DNA from: Thermoflexus hugenholtzii JAD2
Lineage (GTDB): Bacteria > Chloroflexota > UBA11872 > UBA12225
Direction: 5' to 3'
DNA length: 64,000 nt
NCBI GenBank assembly: GCA_945907765.1
Contig: CAMDTO010000001.1
Coordinates: 28,083 to 92,082 of the forward strand
Shown: positions 28,403-37,385 of the stretch, piece after piece
Numbering within the stretch: the first letter of the stretch is position 1
Layout: each line of letters starts with the position of its first letter
The notes under the pieces: model-generated
The model's input: only the letters and a program-made list of their open reading frames with translations
The model's database searches: none
What the model was told of the DNA's origin: nothing
Program-made: the position numbers and the translations under genes

Positions 28403-31117
28403 TTGAGACCCACCCTGGCGAAGGGACACTCGGTGAGCGATTCGACCTCCTGGGCATACGCGCTGCTCGTGGTGCTGCTTGCTGCACCCGTGTTGGCTGC
28501 CGTTGTCGTGCTTGTGACGATGGTCGGACAGTCGGAGACGAACCGTGTGCCAGTGCAGGCGAGTGGAAGTGGTGGGCAGTCGGTTGCTCAGGACGTCCGC
28601 CCGGTAATCGTGATGCAACGCGTCTCCCGAGCGTCGGCGCGAAGGCCCGGTTCCGCGGCTGATCCGGTTGGCAGGCAGGTCACATCGCCTGCAACCCTCC
28701 ATGAACGGATTGACCGATTCACTTCACGGCGACGCGAGCCGACGCGTAGACGCCGTGGTGATTCACCTGCTGGCGATACGGACCCGGTGCCGTACCCGAG
28801 TTCCTCGTGGCCGGCGGTCGCGCCGCCACTGATCGAAACCCCTGGGGTCACCCGGCCGGATTCCCACGCGTCCGGTGACCTCGGGCGTGACGCATCGACC
28901 CCGAGGTCCTGGGGTCAGTGGGTCCGCGCCCTTGTTGAGCTGACCATCCCGCCACGTCAGGTAAGGCCACCAGTTGGTGCGAGACAGGTGGCAGTGCGGG
29001 CAATTGTGGCGGAGACCCCGGAGATACCGGCTCGGGCCGAGGGCGGGTATGTGCTCCCACCAGTCCGTGTACGGGCCGGACTTGCAGGAATTGATGGGTC
29101 GCCACGCCTCCCGCTCATGGTCTCTGCGATTGCGGAAATCGAGGCTGGTCCCGACGTATCGCGTCACGACGGGGCAGGTCCAATGCCATCTAAAGCGGAG
29201 ATTGTTGCTCCCGACGTGGACGGGTTCGAATTGGGTTTAATTCCAGCGGTGATCGATCAGTCGACTCAGATCCAAATGTCGTTCCTGCTGGCCGAGCCTG
29301 ACGGTGGCGACGGGTTCGTGATTTCAGAGCCTTCTCTTCACGACCTAACTCGCTTGGCGCCGGTTTCGGAGGTGGCGGCGTCTTTCGAGTGGGATGTGGC
29401 TCAGGACGTGGAATCCACCGGTTTCGAGGCGGAACCAGTTGCAGATGGCCCAGATATTGTGATCGCGGTTCCATCTGAACTGGTGTTAGGGGCACCGGTT
29501 GTCGCGTTTGAACTGGTCGAAGTTGAACCGGCCAACGCGGTACCGGCGCCAGATTTGGCCTTCGAACCCGTCATGGCCGACGTCGAGATAGCACTGGTCT
29601 CCGAGGATGACCTGGTGGAGGTGGACACGACGGTCGCCATGCCCGAACCAGTGTTGGAAATCGAACCCGTCTTGGCCGAAGTAAAGATAGCACTGGTCGC
29701 CGAGGGGGACCCGGTTCAAGTGGAACCCGACGTAGGGATTGCAGAGCCTGAGATGGCGATTGAGCCCGTCACGGCGTACGTGGTGGAGATACCGATAGAC
29801 GTGGTGGAGGTGGTCGTGGCGGAGACCAACGTCGCAATGGCACTGACAGACATGACCATCTCACCGGTCATGGCTGATGTTGACGAAGCACTGTTATCCG
29901 AGGGTGACCCGGTTCAAGTGGAGCTTGTCTACGCGGTGCCGATGCCTGTAATGGCAAAAGCACCAGTCATGGCCGACTTCGAGGAAGCACCGGTTGTCGC
30001 GTCTGAACTGGTCGAAGTTGAACCGGTTAACGCGATGCCGGCGCCAGTCATGGCAAATGAACCCGTCATGGCTGATGTTGAGGAAGCACTGTTAGCCAAG
30101 GGTGGCCCGGTTCAAGTGGAGCTTGTCTACGCGATGCCGATGCCTGTGATGGCAAACGATCCAGTCATGGCCGAAGTCGAGGAAGCACCGGTTGTCGCGT
30201 CTGGACTGGTCGAAGTTGAACCGGTCCACGCGATGCCGGCGCCAGTCATGGCAATCGAACCCGTCACGGTTGACGTCGAGGACGCACTGGTAGCCCAGGC
30301 TGACCCATTCGAAATGGAACCTGGCGTAGCGATTCCGGAGCCAGAGATGGCGATTCGGCCCGTCACGACGTACCTGGTGGAGATACCGATGGACGTAGTG
30401 GAGGTGGTCGTGGCGGAAACCAACGTCGCGATGGCACTGCCAGACATGGCTATCTCACCAATCATGGCTGACGTCGGCGAAGCACCGGCTGTCGATTCAG
30501 CTTCGGAGGAGGAGGAACCCGTTTACGCGACGCCGGTGCAAGTGTTGCCGGTCGAACCCGTCGTGGCCGAAGTCGCGGAAGTTTCTGCGTCCGACCAAGA
30601 GATTGGTGAGGATCACGTCGCGCTTGGTTTTGAGAACCAACATGTCGTGGATGCCTGGGCCGCGATGACGCAGATTGAAACGGTCGATGTGGCGACGCCG
30701 TCAGTGGAGGGACTCGAACTTGAACCGTTCGTGGATGTTCCTGTCGCGGCCCTCGCCTCCGAGGTGGACGGCATCGGGACGGAAGCACTGGTGAAACCCG
30801 CAGAGGACGTGTCTCCAGTGGCAACAGGTCCAGCTGATCAGTCTGGCTCCGAACAAAGCCATATGGGGACTGGCGTGCTCGGGACAGGGCAGTCAGCCAT
30901 CGATGAACCTGACCTCGCGATTAATGGGTTGGACTGCGACGAGGAAGTTGGGCCCGCGATGGCGGAGGCAACGTTCACTCTACCTCCGGCACCTCCAGTC
31001 GAGGAACCTCAGCCAGCGTGGATGCCCCTGCCACGGTCTCCAAAGTTCCGCTGGGTTCGGGTTGCGATGCAGGCGACTGAGGTAACCGTACCTCGCGATG
31101 TCTTTGCTGGACAGTAG
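28403..31117 (+). CDS. membrane-anchored, highly acidic tandem-repeat protein (E/V/P/A/M-rich), unknown function
   Basis: A ~905 aa ORF with GC3-rich codons. GGAGGA lies at 28391-28396, with a TTG start at 28403 (a GTG at 28397 is also possible). There is an N-terminal hydrophobic anchor 'WAYALLVVLLAAPVLAAVVVLVTMV'. A ~1 kb internal region consists of 66 aa repeats. Confidence 0.6.
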   Translation: MRPTLAKGHSVSDSTSWAYALLVVLLAAPVLAAVVVLVTMVGQSETNRVPVQASGSGGQSVAQDVRPVIVMQRVSRASARRPGSAADPVGRQVTSPATLHERIDRFTSRRREPTRRRRGDSPAGDTDPVPYPSSSWPAVAPPLIETPGVTRPDSHASGDLGRDASTPRSWGQWVRALVELTIPPRQVRPPVGARQVAVRAIVAETPEIPARAEGGYVLPPVRVRAGLAGIDGSPRLPLMVSAIAEIEAGPDVSRHDGAGPMPSKAEIVAPDVDGFELGLIPAVIDQSTQIQMSFLLAEPDGGDGFVISEPSLHDLTRLAPVSEVAASFEWDVAQDVESTGFEAEPVADGPDIVIAVPSELVLGAPVVAFELVEVEPANAVPAPDLAFEPVMADVEIALVSEDDLVEVDTTVAMPEPVLEIEPVLAEVKIALVAEGDPVQVEPDVGIAEPEMAIEPVTAYVVEIPIDVVEVVVAETNVAMALTDMTISPVMADVDEALLSEGDPVQVELVYAVPMPVMAKAPVMADFEEAPVVASELVEVEPVNAMPAPVMANEPVMADVEEALLAKGGPVQVELVYAMPMPVMANDPVMAEVEEAPVVASGLVEVEPVHAMPAPVMAIEPVTVDVEDALVAQADPFEMEPGVAIPEPEMAIRPVTTYLVEIPMDVVEVVVAETNVAMALPDMAISPIMADVGEAPAVDSASEEEEPVYATPVQVLPVEPVVAEVAEVSASDQEIGEDHVALGFENQHVVDAWAAMTQIETVDVATPSVEGLELEPFVDVPVAALASEVDGIGTEALVKPAEDVSPVATGPADQSGSEQSHMGTGVLGTGQSAIDEPDLAINGLDCDEEVGPAMAEATFTLPPAPPVEEPQPAWMPLPRSPKFRWVRVAMQATEVTVPRDVFAGQ
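29490..30490 (+). repeat. nested in-frame tandem repeats: 198 bp unit and 600 bp higher-order unit
   Basis: 'gcaccggttgtcgcg(t/c)(t/c)tg(a/g)actggtcgaagttgaaccgg' recurs at 29492, 29987 and 30185. A ~110 bp block 'gtggtggagataccgat(a/g)gacgt(g/a)gtggaggtggtcgtggcgga' occurs at ~29773 and ~30373. Confidence 0.75.
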
Positions 31118-31165
31118 TCTCATCCCCAACGCCCGTGCTGGGGGACTGAAGGTGACGGTTCCGCA

Positions 31166-31195
31166 TTCCGAGTAATAGATTTTGCGGCGTATAAT
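31166..31195 (+). promoter_or_regulatory. putative sigma70-type promoter for coaD (-35 TTCCGA, 18 nt spacer, -10 TATAAT)
   Basis: Read directly: ttccga-gtaatagattttgcggcg-tataat, ending 9 nt before the coaD GTG. Confidence 0.3.
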
Positions 31196-31203
31196 CCACG
31201 CTT

Positions 31204-31806
31204 GTGATCGATGGTCTGCCATCCCGACGCATCGCGCTGTTTCCGGCCACATTCGACCCGCCGACCCACGGGCACATGGAAACGGTGTTGCGGGGTGCAA
31301 GGCTTTTCGATGAGGTTGTGGTTGCGGTGTATGCCGAACCGTCAAAGCAAACGCTGTTCAGCGCGACTGAGCGGCTCGAGCTTGTTCAGGAAGCCGTTCG
31401 TGATCTGGGTGTGACAAATGTCCGTGTCAGGTCATACAACCGAAGACTGACGGCAGATCTGGCACGTGAAGAGGGGGCTTGCGCGCTTATTCGCGGATTG
31501 CGTGCCGTTTCGGATTTCGACTATGAACTTCAGCTCGCGCACATGAACAAGGCGCTTGCGCCGGACGTCGAAACGGTGGTTCTTCTGGCGAGTGCTCGGT
31601 ACAGCTTTCTGAGTTCGACCATAGTCCGCGAAGTTGCGCGGCTCGGTGGCGATGTGGCGCCATGGGTGCCAAGGATTGTGGCCGAACGGCTCGGCGAACG
31701 GTTTGGGCATCCTCATTCACCCGTGAACCTCCCGGAGGTCCTGGATGCGGAGGTAGGTTCAGACCGGATTGCCGGGTTCATGTCCACTGATGATCGTGTG
31801 CGTTAG
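31204..31806 (+). CDS. coaD: phosphopantetheine adenylyltransferase
   Basis: 'IALFPATFDPPTHGH' is the (H/T)xGH motif and '...SSTIVRE' is present. There is a ~40 aa C-terminal extension. Confidence 0.85.
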   Translation: MIDGLPSRRIALFPATFDPPTHGHMETVLRGARLFDEVVVAVYAEPSKQTLFSATERLELVQEAVRDLGVTNVRVRSYNRRLTADLAREEGACALIRGLRAVSDFDYELQLAHMNKALAPDVETVVLLASARYSFLSSTIVREVARLGGDVAPWVPRIVAERLGERFGHPHSPVNLPEVLDAEVGSDRIAGFMSTDDRVR

Positions 31807-31937
31807 TACTGGGGATAACATGGTCTATCGGGTCACCGTTTTTCATGCAGTCGGTGACTGCATGAATGATGACGTGGCTTGGTAGGAGCGGCGACCGTTG
31901 TTCGTGCCAATGGGTGCGAGTGGCCGGACGCCAGGAG

Positions 31938-32405
31938 GTGACTTCGATCGATATTCTATTTCTGGTTGATCGTTTGGAGGCCGTCCTGCAGAATGGCCAA
32001 CGTGTGCCGTTCACGCACAAGGTCATGATCGACGAGACAGAGTGCTACGACATCATTGACCAAATGCGCCTCGTTGTGCCCGAAGAGGTCAAGGCAGCGA
32101 AGAAGCTGAGCCAGGACCGCGATCGCGTGCAGGGTGAGGCCGAAGCCCAGGCAGAACGCATCATCCAGGAAGCAATCGATCAGCGCGAGGAGATGCTGGC
32201 TGAGTACGCGATTGTCGCAGCAGCTGAAGAGCGTCGCGTAGAAATCTTGGACGACGCGACTCAGGAGGCCGAGGAGATCAAGGCACAGGCGGACCGCTAC
32301 GCACTTGATGTTCTCGAGGCACTGAGTACACGTCTTGGAACCTTCCTGCGTGAGGTTGACAATGGCATCAATGCCTTGCAACCACCTGCTGATGACGGTG
32401 ACTAG
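31938..32405 (+). CDS. hypothetical coiled-coil protein (DivIVA-/ATP-synthase-b-like)
   Basis: Charged E/A/Q-rich heptad-like sequence with GC lower than its neighbours. The start is ambiguous because an AGGAGG abuts the GTG; the ORF begins at 31866. Confidence 0.4.
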   Translation: MTSIDILFLVDRLEAVLQNGQRVPFTHKVMIDETECYDIIDQMRLVVPEEVKAAKKLSQDRDRVQGEAEAQAERIIQEAIDQREEMLAEYAIVAAAEERRVEILDDATQEAEEIKAQADRYALDVLEALSTRLGTFLREVDNGINALQPPADDGD

Positions 32406-32499
32406 TCCCGGCGGGTTTCCAGTAGTCCGGGAGCGTGCCCGGAGAGTCCGTGGCCTCGAGCGGGCAAGGTAATCGAATGCCCCTCCGGGAGACTGAGCG

Positions 32500-33063
32500 A
32501 TGCAGACACTACGGATAAACGTTGTCGGGCTGCTCAAGGAGCCCGCGGGCGGCGTGCGCGATCATGTGATCCAGGTTGCTGGTGCCACGGTAGCGTTGAT
32601 GGCCGAAGAGGCTAGGCCACTTCGAGACCTCACTGGGGAAGTGCGCCTGTTGCGTAGCCCGCGCAGCATCTTTGCGAGGGTGCGCCTGGCCACCGACTTC
32701 GCGTTGGATTGCAGACGCTGTCTGGAGGACGCGATCTCACCGGTCAAGCTGGAGTTTGATGCGGAGTTCTTCCCGTCAGTGGATGTCGTTACCGGGTTGG
32801 CGGTGGTCATTCCGGACGATGACCTTGCATTCCTGATTGATCACAATCACGAACTTGACCTCGCTGAGGCGGTGCGTCAGGAACTGCTGTTGGCGTTGCC
32901 CATGTACCCGCTGTGCGATCCGGATTGTGAAGGATTGTGTCCAACTTGCGGGGCGAACCGGAATGCCGACCCGTGCGACTGTGATGACAGCGAACCCGAT
33001 CCACGCATGGCGTCCCTCAAGGGGCTATTCGGTGCGAGTGCCGCGACAGACCGCCCATCCTGA
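32500..33063 (+). CDS. yceD: YceD/DUF177 family protein (ribosomal large subunit accumulation)
   Basis: The C-terminus 'CDPDCEGLCPTCGANRN' is the DUF177 Cys cluster. It sits immediately upstream of rpmF, as is typical. Confidence 0.75.
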   Translation: MQTLRINVVGLLKEPAGGVRDHVIQVAGATVALMAEEARPLRDLTGEVRLLRSPRSIFARVRLATDFALDCRRCLEDAISPVKLEFDAEFFPSVDVVTGLAVVIPDDDLAFLIDHNHELDLAEAVRQELLLALPMYPLCDPDCEGLCPTCGANRNADPCDCDDSEPDPRMASLKGLFGASAATDRPS

Positions 33064-33127
33064 CATGGCTAGCGATATCGGAGCCAGAACCGGTATGATT
33101 AGTAGTCGTTGACCGGAGTTGTAAGAC

Positions 33128-33325
33128 GTGGGCGCACACCCGAAACGCAAGATCAGCAAAATGCGGCGAGACAGTCGTCGTGGGCACCATGCTTTGGAGT
33201 TTCCGCAGTTCATCACCTGCCCGAGTTGTCGTCAGCTCACGTTGCCCCATCAGGCATGCCACCGATGCGGCGTATATCGCGGTCGGCAGGTCGTTGAGAT
33301 GACCAACGACAGAGCCGCGCAGTAG
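33128..33325 (+). CDS. rpmF: 50S ribosomal protein L32 (C+ zinc form)
   Basis: 'AHPKRKISKMRRDSRRGH' followed by CPSC...CHRC. Confidence 0.8.
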   Translation: MGAHPKRKISKMRRDSRRGHHALEFPQFITCPSCRQLTLPHQACHRCGVYRGRQVVEMTNDRAAQ

Positions 33326-33445
33326 CGGCCGCGGGTTCGCCCTGAACCCGCTTGCCTGACGGAAGCCATGGCGGTGGGACTGTTCCAGAGGGGCGCCGAA
33401 AGGCGCCTCTTTTTGTTGCCTGAACGACGTCAGGTGGAGGACGAG

Positions 33446-34447
33446 ATGAGCGCCGCAACAGCTTGGCTGTTCCCGGGCCAGGGTTCCCAGGCGGTTGGGA
33501 TGGGGCATTCGTTGTACCGGGACTCGGCGGCGGCGCGGGACGTATTCGTGGTTGCGGATGCGGTCTGGGGCGGTTCACTCACGGGCGCGATGTTCGATGG
33601 CCCGGCCGAAGGGTTGCAGGCAACGGTTGTCACGCAACCGGCAATCGTCTCGGTAAGTCTGGCAGCGCTTGCAGCGGTTCGAGAGGCGTGGGAAGCACGG
33701 CAAGGAACACCGCTCCCAGAACCGTCGTTCGTTGCGGGGCACAGTGTCGGTGAATTCGCCGCGGTAGTGGCTAGTGGTGCAACAGATGTTGCGACCGGAC
33801 TTCGGCTAGTGTGCGAGCGAGCGCGGCTGATGCAGTGGGCGGCCGAGACGAACCCCGGAAGCATGGTTGCCGTCCTAGGCTTGGCACGTGACCTCGTTGA
33901 GGAGTCTTGTTTATCCGCGCGGGAGGCGGTGACTGGAAGTTACGTGTCGGTGGCCAATGACAACGCGCACACTCCGGCCCAGATCGTCATCGCAGGTGAC
34001 TTGGCCGGGCTCGAGGCTGCAAGTGCGGAGTGCCGGGCACGTGGTGCGCGCCGGTGTGTCCCATTGACGGTAGGTGGTGCATTCCACTCAGCTGCGATGG
34101 CGCCCGCTCAGGAAGGTCTCGCACGTGCCATCTCGATGGCGCCCTTCGGCGATCCTCGTGTGCCAGTTATCGCAAATGTCACGGCAACCGCATTGCGTCG
34201 CGCCCGCGAAATCCGGACAGAACTTGCAACGCAGGTGGTCAGCCCCGTTCGCTGGGCGGACACGGTCGCTCTGCTTGCCGAAGCCGGTTGCCGCCGGTTT
34301 GTGGAGTTCGGGCACGGCACGGTTCTCGGAAATCTCGTGCAGCGCGCGATACCGGATGCTGCGGTCCAGAGCGTCGGTGATGCCGACGGCGTGGCACGGG
34401 TAGCGGAGTGGCTCGGTCGTGACGTGGGTGGGCATGCCAATGCCTGA
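33446..34447 (+). CDS. fabD: malonyl CoA-ACP transacylase
   Basis: 'WLFPGQGSQAVGMG' and 'GHSVGEFAA' place the active-site Ser in the GHSxG motif. Confidence 0.85.
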   Translation: MSAATAWLFPGQGSQAVGMGHSLYRDSAAARDVFVVADAVWGGSLTGAMFDGPAEGLQATVVTQPAIVSVSLAALAAVREAWEARQGTPLPEPSFVAGHSVGEFAAVVASGATDVATGLRLVCERARLMQWAAETNPGSMVAVLGLARDLVEESCLSAREAVTGSYVSVANDNAHTPAQIVIAGDLAGLEAASAECRARGARRCVPLTVGGAFHSAAMAPAQEGLARAISMAPFGDPRVPVIANVTATALRRAREIRTELATQVVSPVRWADTVALLAEAGCRRFVEFGHGTVLGNLVQRAIPDAAVQSVGDADGVARVAEWLGRDVGGHANA

Positions 34448-34536
34448 AGCGACGCGTCGTCAACTGGAAGCGCGCTTCAGGATCTGGATGGTGCCGGGTG
34501 GTTCAGGATGGCTTGAGGCCGGACTGTAGGCAAGTG

Positions 34537-35292
34537 ATGTCTGATCGTGGGGTTTCGGGCATGATCGCGTTGGTCACTGGAGCATCCGGTGCCCTTGGAA
34601 GGGCAATAGCTGTCCGTCTAGGCACGGGTGGGGCGTTGGTAGCGTGCCACTACGGATCCAATCCGACGGGCGCACAGGTGACCCTTGATGCCATCCGTGC
34701 TGGCGGTGGCGATGGCGTGACGGTCGGCGGCAACGTGACGTTGCGTGCGGACGTCGATGCGATGGTCTCGTCAGTCCTTGATGCGTATGGTCGCATCGAC
34801 ATACTCGTGAATTGCGCCGGGATCACTCGCGACGGATTGCTGGTCCGGATGGACGATGCCGACTGGGATGATGTGATTGCGACGAATCTGCGATCAGCCT
34901 TTCTTGGGACGCGTGCCGTGATGCGTTCGATGATGAAGCAACGATCTGGGCGCATCCTCAATGTGACCTCGGTGATCGGGGTTTCAGGCAATGCTGGCCA
35001 AGCAAACTATGCGGCTGCCAAAGCAGGGATGATTGGGCTGACCCGGAGTACTGCGAGGGAAGTTGCAAGCCGGGGAATTACCTGTAACGCGTTGGCACCG
35101 GGATACATCGACGCGGGGATTGCCGCTACCCTCACCGTGGAACAGAGTTCCAAAGCGCTTGCCACCGTTCCGATGGGTGCAATGGGCACGGCAGACGACA
35201 TCGGCGAGGCGGCAGCGTTTCTGTGTTCTAGGGAGGCCCGGTACATCACCGGCCAGGTCCTCCACGTCGACGGCGGCATGGTGATGGGATAG
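34537..35292 (+). CDS. fabG: 3-oxoacyl-ACP reductase
   Basis: SDR motifs 'ALVTGASGALG', 'NAG' and 'YAAAKAG'. Confidence 0.85.
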   Translation: MSDRGVSGMIALVTGASGALGRAIAVRLGTGGALVACHYGSNPTGAQVTLDAIRAGGGDGVTVGGNVTLRADVDAMVSSVLDAYGRIDILVNCAGITRDGLLVRMDDADWDDVIATNLRSAFLGTRAVMRSMMKQRSGRILNVTSVIGVSGNAGQANYAAAKAGMIGLTRSTAREVASRGITCNALAPGYIDAGIAATLTVEQSSKALATVPMGAMGTADDIGEAAAFLCSREARYITGQVLHVDGGMVMG

Positions 35293-35308
35293 GGCAAGAA
35301 AGCATCAG

Positions 35309-36661
35309 ATGTTTGCAAAGGTGCTGATTGCCAACCGAGGTGAGGCCTCGGTTCGGGTCATCCGTGCATGTCGGGAACTCGGCATACGGACCGTGGCCGT
35401 ATTTTCGGAAGCGGACCGCACATGCCAGCATGTCCGCCTTGCCGACGAAGCCATCTGCATTGGTCCCGCGCCAACAGGCCGGTCCTACCTCAATGTGCCC
35501 AACATCATTCAGGCCGCGCTGATGACCGGTGCCGAGGCCATTCACCCCGGTACGGGTTTCCTCTCTGAGAGTTCGGCATTTGCGGAGATCTGTGCCGGGT
35601 ATGGGATCACGTTTGTGGGGCCAACCCCGGAAACCATTGCCAAACTTGGCGACAAGGCACGGGCACGCTCGGTGATGCGCGACGCAGGTCTCCCGGTCAT
35701 GCCAGGTGCCGATGCGCCGGTGCGAACGCTGGATGAGGCCAAGGACTTTGCGCAGTCGCTTGGATATCCCGTGATGCTCAAGGCCGTCGGTGGCGGTGGA
35801 GGCAAGGGGATTCGTCGCCTGACGTCAGTGCAGGACCTGATTGCTGCGTTCCCGGTTGCACAGGCCGAGGCTTCAAGTGCGTTTGGAAACCCTGAAATCT
35901 ATCTCGAGAAATGCATCGAGGATGCTCGCCATATCGAGGTGCAGATCCTCGGGGACATGCATGGTTCGGTCGTCCATCTCGGCGAACGTGATTGTTCGTT
36001 GCAACGCCGGGCACAGAAGGTCCTCGAAGAGGCGCCCGCTACCTGTATCCCGGATGCCATCCGGGCAAAGTTGTGCGCGGCGGCTGTCGCCGGTGCCCGT
36101 GCCGTGGGGTACGTCAACGCTGGAACATGGGAGTTCCTGGTTGACCGGAACCATGACTTCTACTTCATGGAGGCAAATGCGCGTCTCCAGGTCGAACATC
36201 CCGTGACTGAGGCGATTACCGGGGTGGACATGGTCAAGACGCAACTCGCGATTGCGTCCGGGGCACACCTGCCATGGACACAGGATGAGATCCGGTTGCA
36301 GGGCCATGCAATCGAGGTGCGCGTCACGGCCGACGATCCGCGACGGAACTTTGCGCCGGACGCGGGTCTGGTGGGTCGGTTTGACATGCCCGGGGGCCCG
36401 GGGGTCCGGGTTGACACGCATGTTGTCGCGGGCTATGAGGTTCCACCCTTCTACGACTCACTTTTGGCGAAATTGATTACGTACGGTTCTACACGGGAGG
36501 AGGCTCGCGTACGCCTCCTCCGGGCGCTGGCTGAGTTCCGCATCGAAGGTCTCGCGACCACGGTAGGGTTCCACGAGCGCTTGGTAAGCGATCCGTCGTT
36601 CATCACCCAGGATCTCACAACCACTTTCGTGGAACGATGGCTGCCCGGTGTGGAATGGTGA
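35309..36661 (+). CDS. accC: acetyl-CoA carboxylase biotin carboxylase subunit
   Basis: 'KVLIANRGEA' and an ATP-grasp domain with 'EMNARLQVEHPVTE'. It is 450 aa. Confidence 0.9.
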   Translation: MFAKVLIANRGEASVRVIRACRELGIRTVAVFSEADRTCQHVRLADEAICIGPAPTGRSYLNVPNIIQAALMTGAEAIHPGTGFLSESSAFAEICAGYGITFVGPTPETIAKLGDKARARSVMRDAGLPVMPGADAPVRTLDEAKDFAQSLGYPVMLKAVGGGGGKGIRRLTSVQDLIAAFPVAQAEASSAFGNPEIYLEKCIEDARHIEVQILGDMHGSVVHLGERDCSLQRRAQKVLEEAPATCIPDAIRAKLCAAAVAGARAVGYVNAGTWEFLVDRNHDFYFMEANARLQVEHPVTEAITGVDMVKTQLAIASGAHLPWTQDEIRLQGHAIEVRVTADDPRRNFAPDAGLVGRFDMPGGPGVRVDTHVVAGYEVPPFYDSLLAKLITYGSTREEARVRLLRALAEFRIEGLATTVGFHERLVSDPSFITQDLTTTFVERWLPGVEW

Positions 36662-36707
36662 GTGGAGTCGGGTCATGCTCCCGCCCGCCCGGCATGGATC
36701 ATCAGTC

Positions 36708-37346
36708 ATGACCGCACCGCCATCCGGACTTGATGTGCGCCCTGCCGATTCGGAAGCGGATTTGCCGGTTATCCGAATTGGTGATCGTGAACGGGTGTCG
36801 AGCATTCCTGGTGGTCCGAAGGCGCTCAAGTCCGATGATGTCTTCGCAACTGACGAGGATGAGTGGCCTGAAGGTGTCGGCGTCGAACGAAGGCGTGCGC
36901 GGGCGGTTGTGATCCAGGTCCTATACGAAGTCGATGTCACGGGTCACGTGCCGTCAGCGGTGCTTGAGCGTCGGCTCCTGGATGATCGCACCCCCCACGA
37001 AGCCTCGGCGTACGCCAGGAGGCTACTCCCCGGGGTCATAGCCAATCTTGGGTCGATCGATGAGACATTGACCAAGGGCGCTCCCGGATGGCCCGTCGAC
37101 CGGATGGACGTGGTGGAACGCGCGATCCTGCGTCTTGCCGTTCATGAACTTTCGGCGACGGTTGGGGTGCCTGTCCGAGTGGCAATCAACGAGGCGGTCG
37201 AGCTGGCGAAGGTGTTCGGGCACGAACCGTCTGCGAAGTTTGTCAACGGGGTACTCGGTGCGGTTGCCCGGGCAATCACGGGTCTTCCGGGATCATCGGA
37301 TGAGGGGTTGGCCGCTAGTGGTGCTGAGGAAGCACACGATGAATGA
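36708..37346 (+). CDS. nusB: transcription antitermination factor NusB (with N-terminal extension)
   Basis: 'RRARAVVIQVLYEVD' and 'VPVRVAINEAVELAKVFG' are the NusB core. About 60 aa of non-conserved N-terminus precede the core. Confidence 0.8.
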   Translation: MTAPPSGLDVRPADSEADLPVIRIGDRERVSSIPGGPKALKSDDVFATDEDEWPEGVGVERRRARAVVIQVLYEVDVTGHVPSAVLERRLLDDRTPHEASAYARRLLPGVIANLGSIDETLTKGAPGWPVDRMDVVERAILRLAVHELSATVGVPVRVAINEAVELAKVFGHEPSAKFVNGVLGAVARAITGLPGSSDEGLAASGAEEAHDE

Positions 37347-37385
37347 CCGACCATTCTCCATCCGGCATGCTGGTGGCGGTAGCCT

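Noticed and set aside
29490-30490. CRISPR-like array or non-coding satellite.
   Set aside because: The repeats have a 198/600 bp period and are in frame within a long ORF with strong GC3 bias. There is no repeat-spacer alternation and there are no cas genes.
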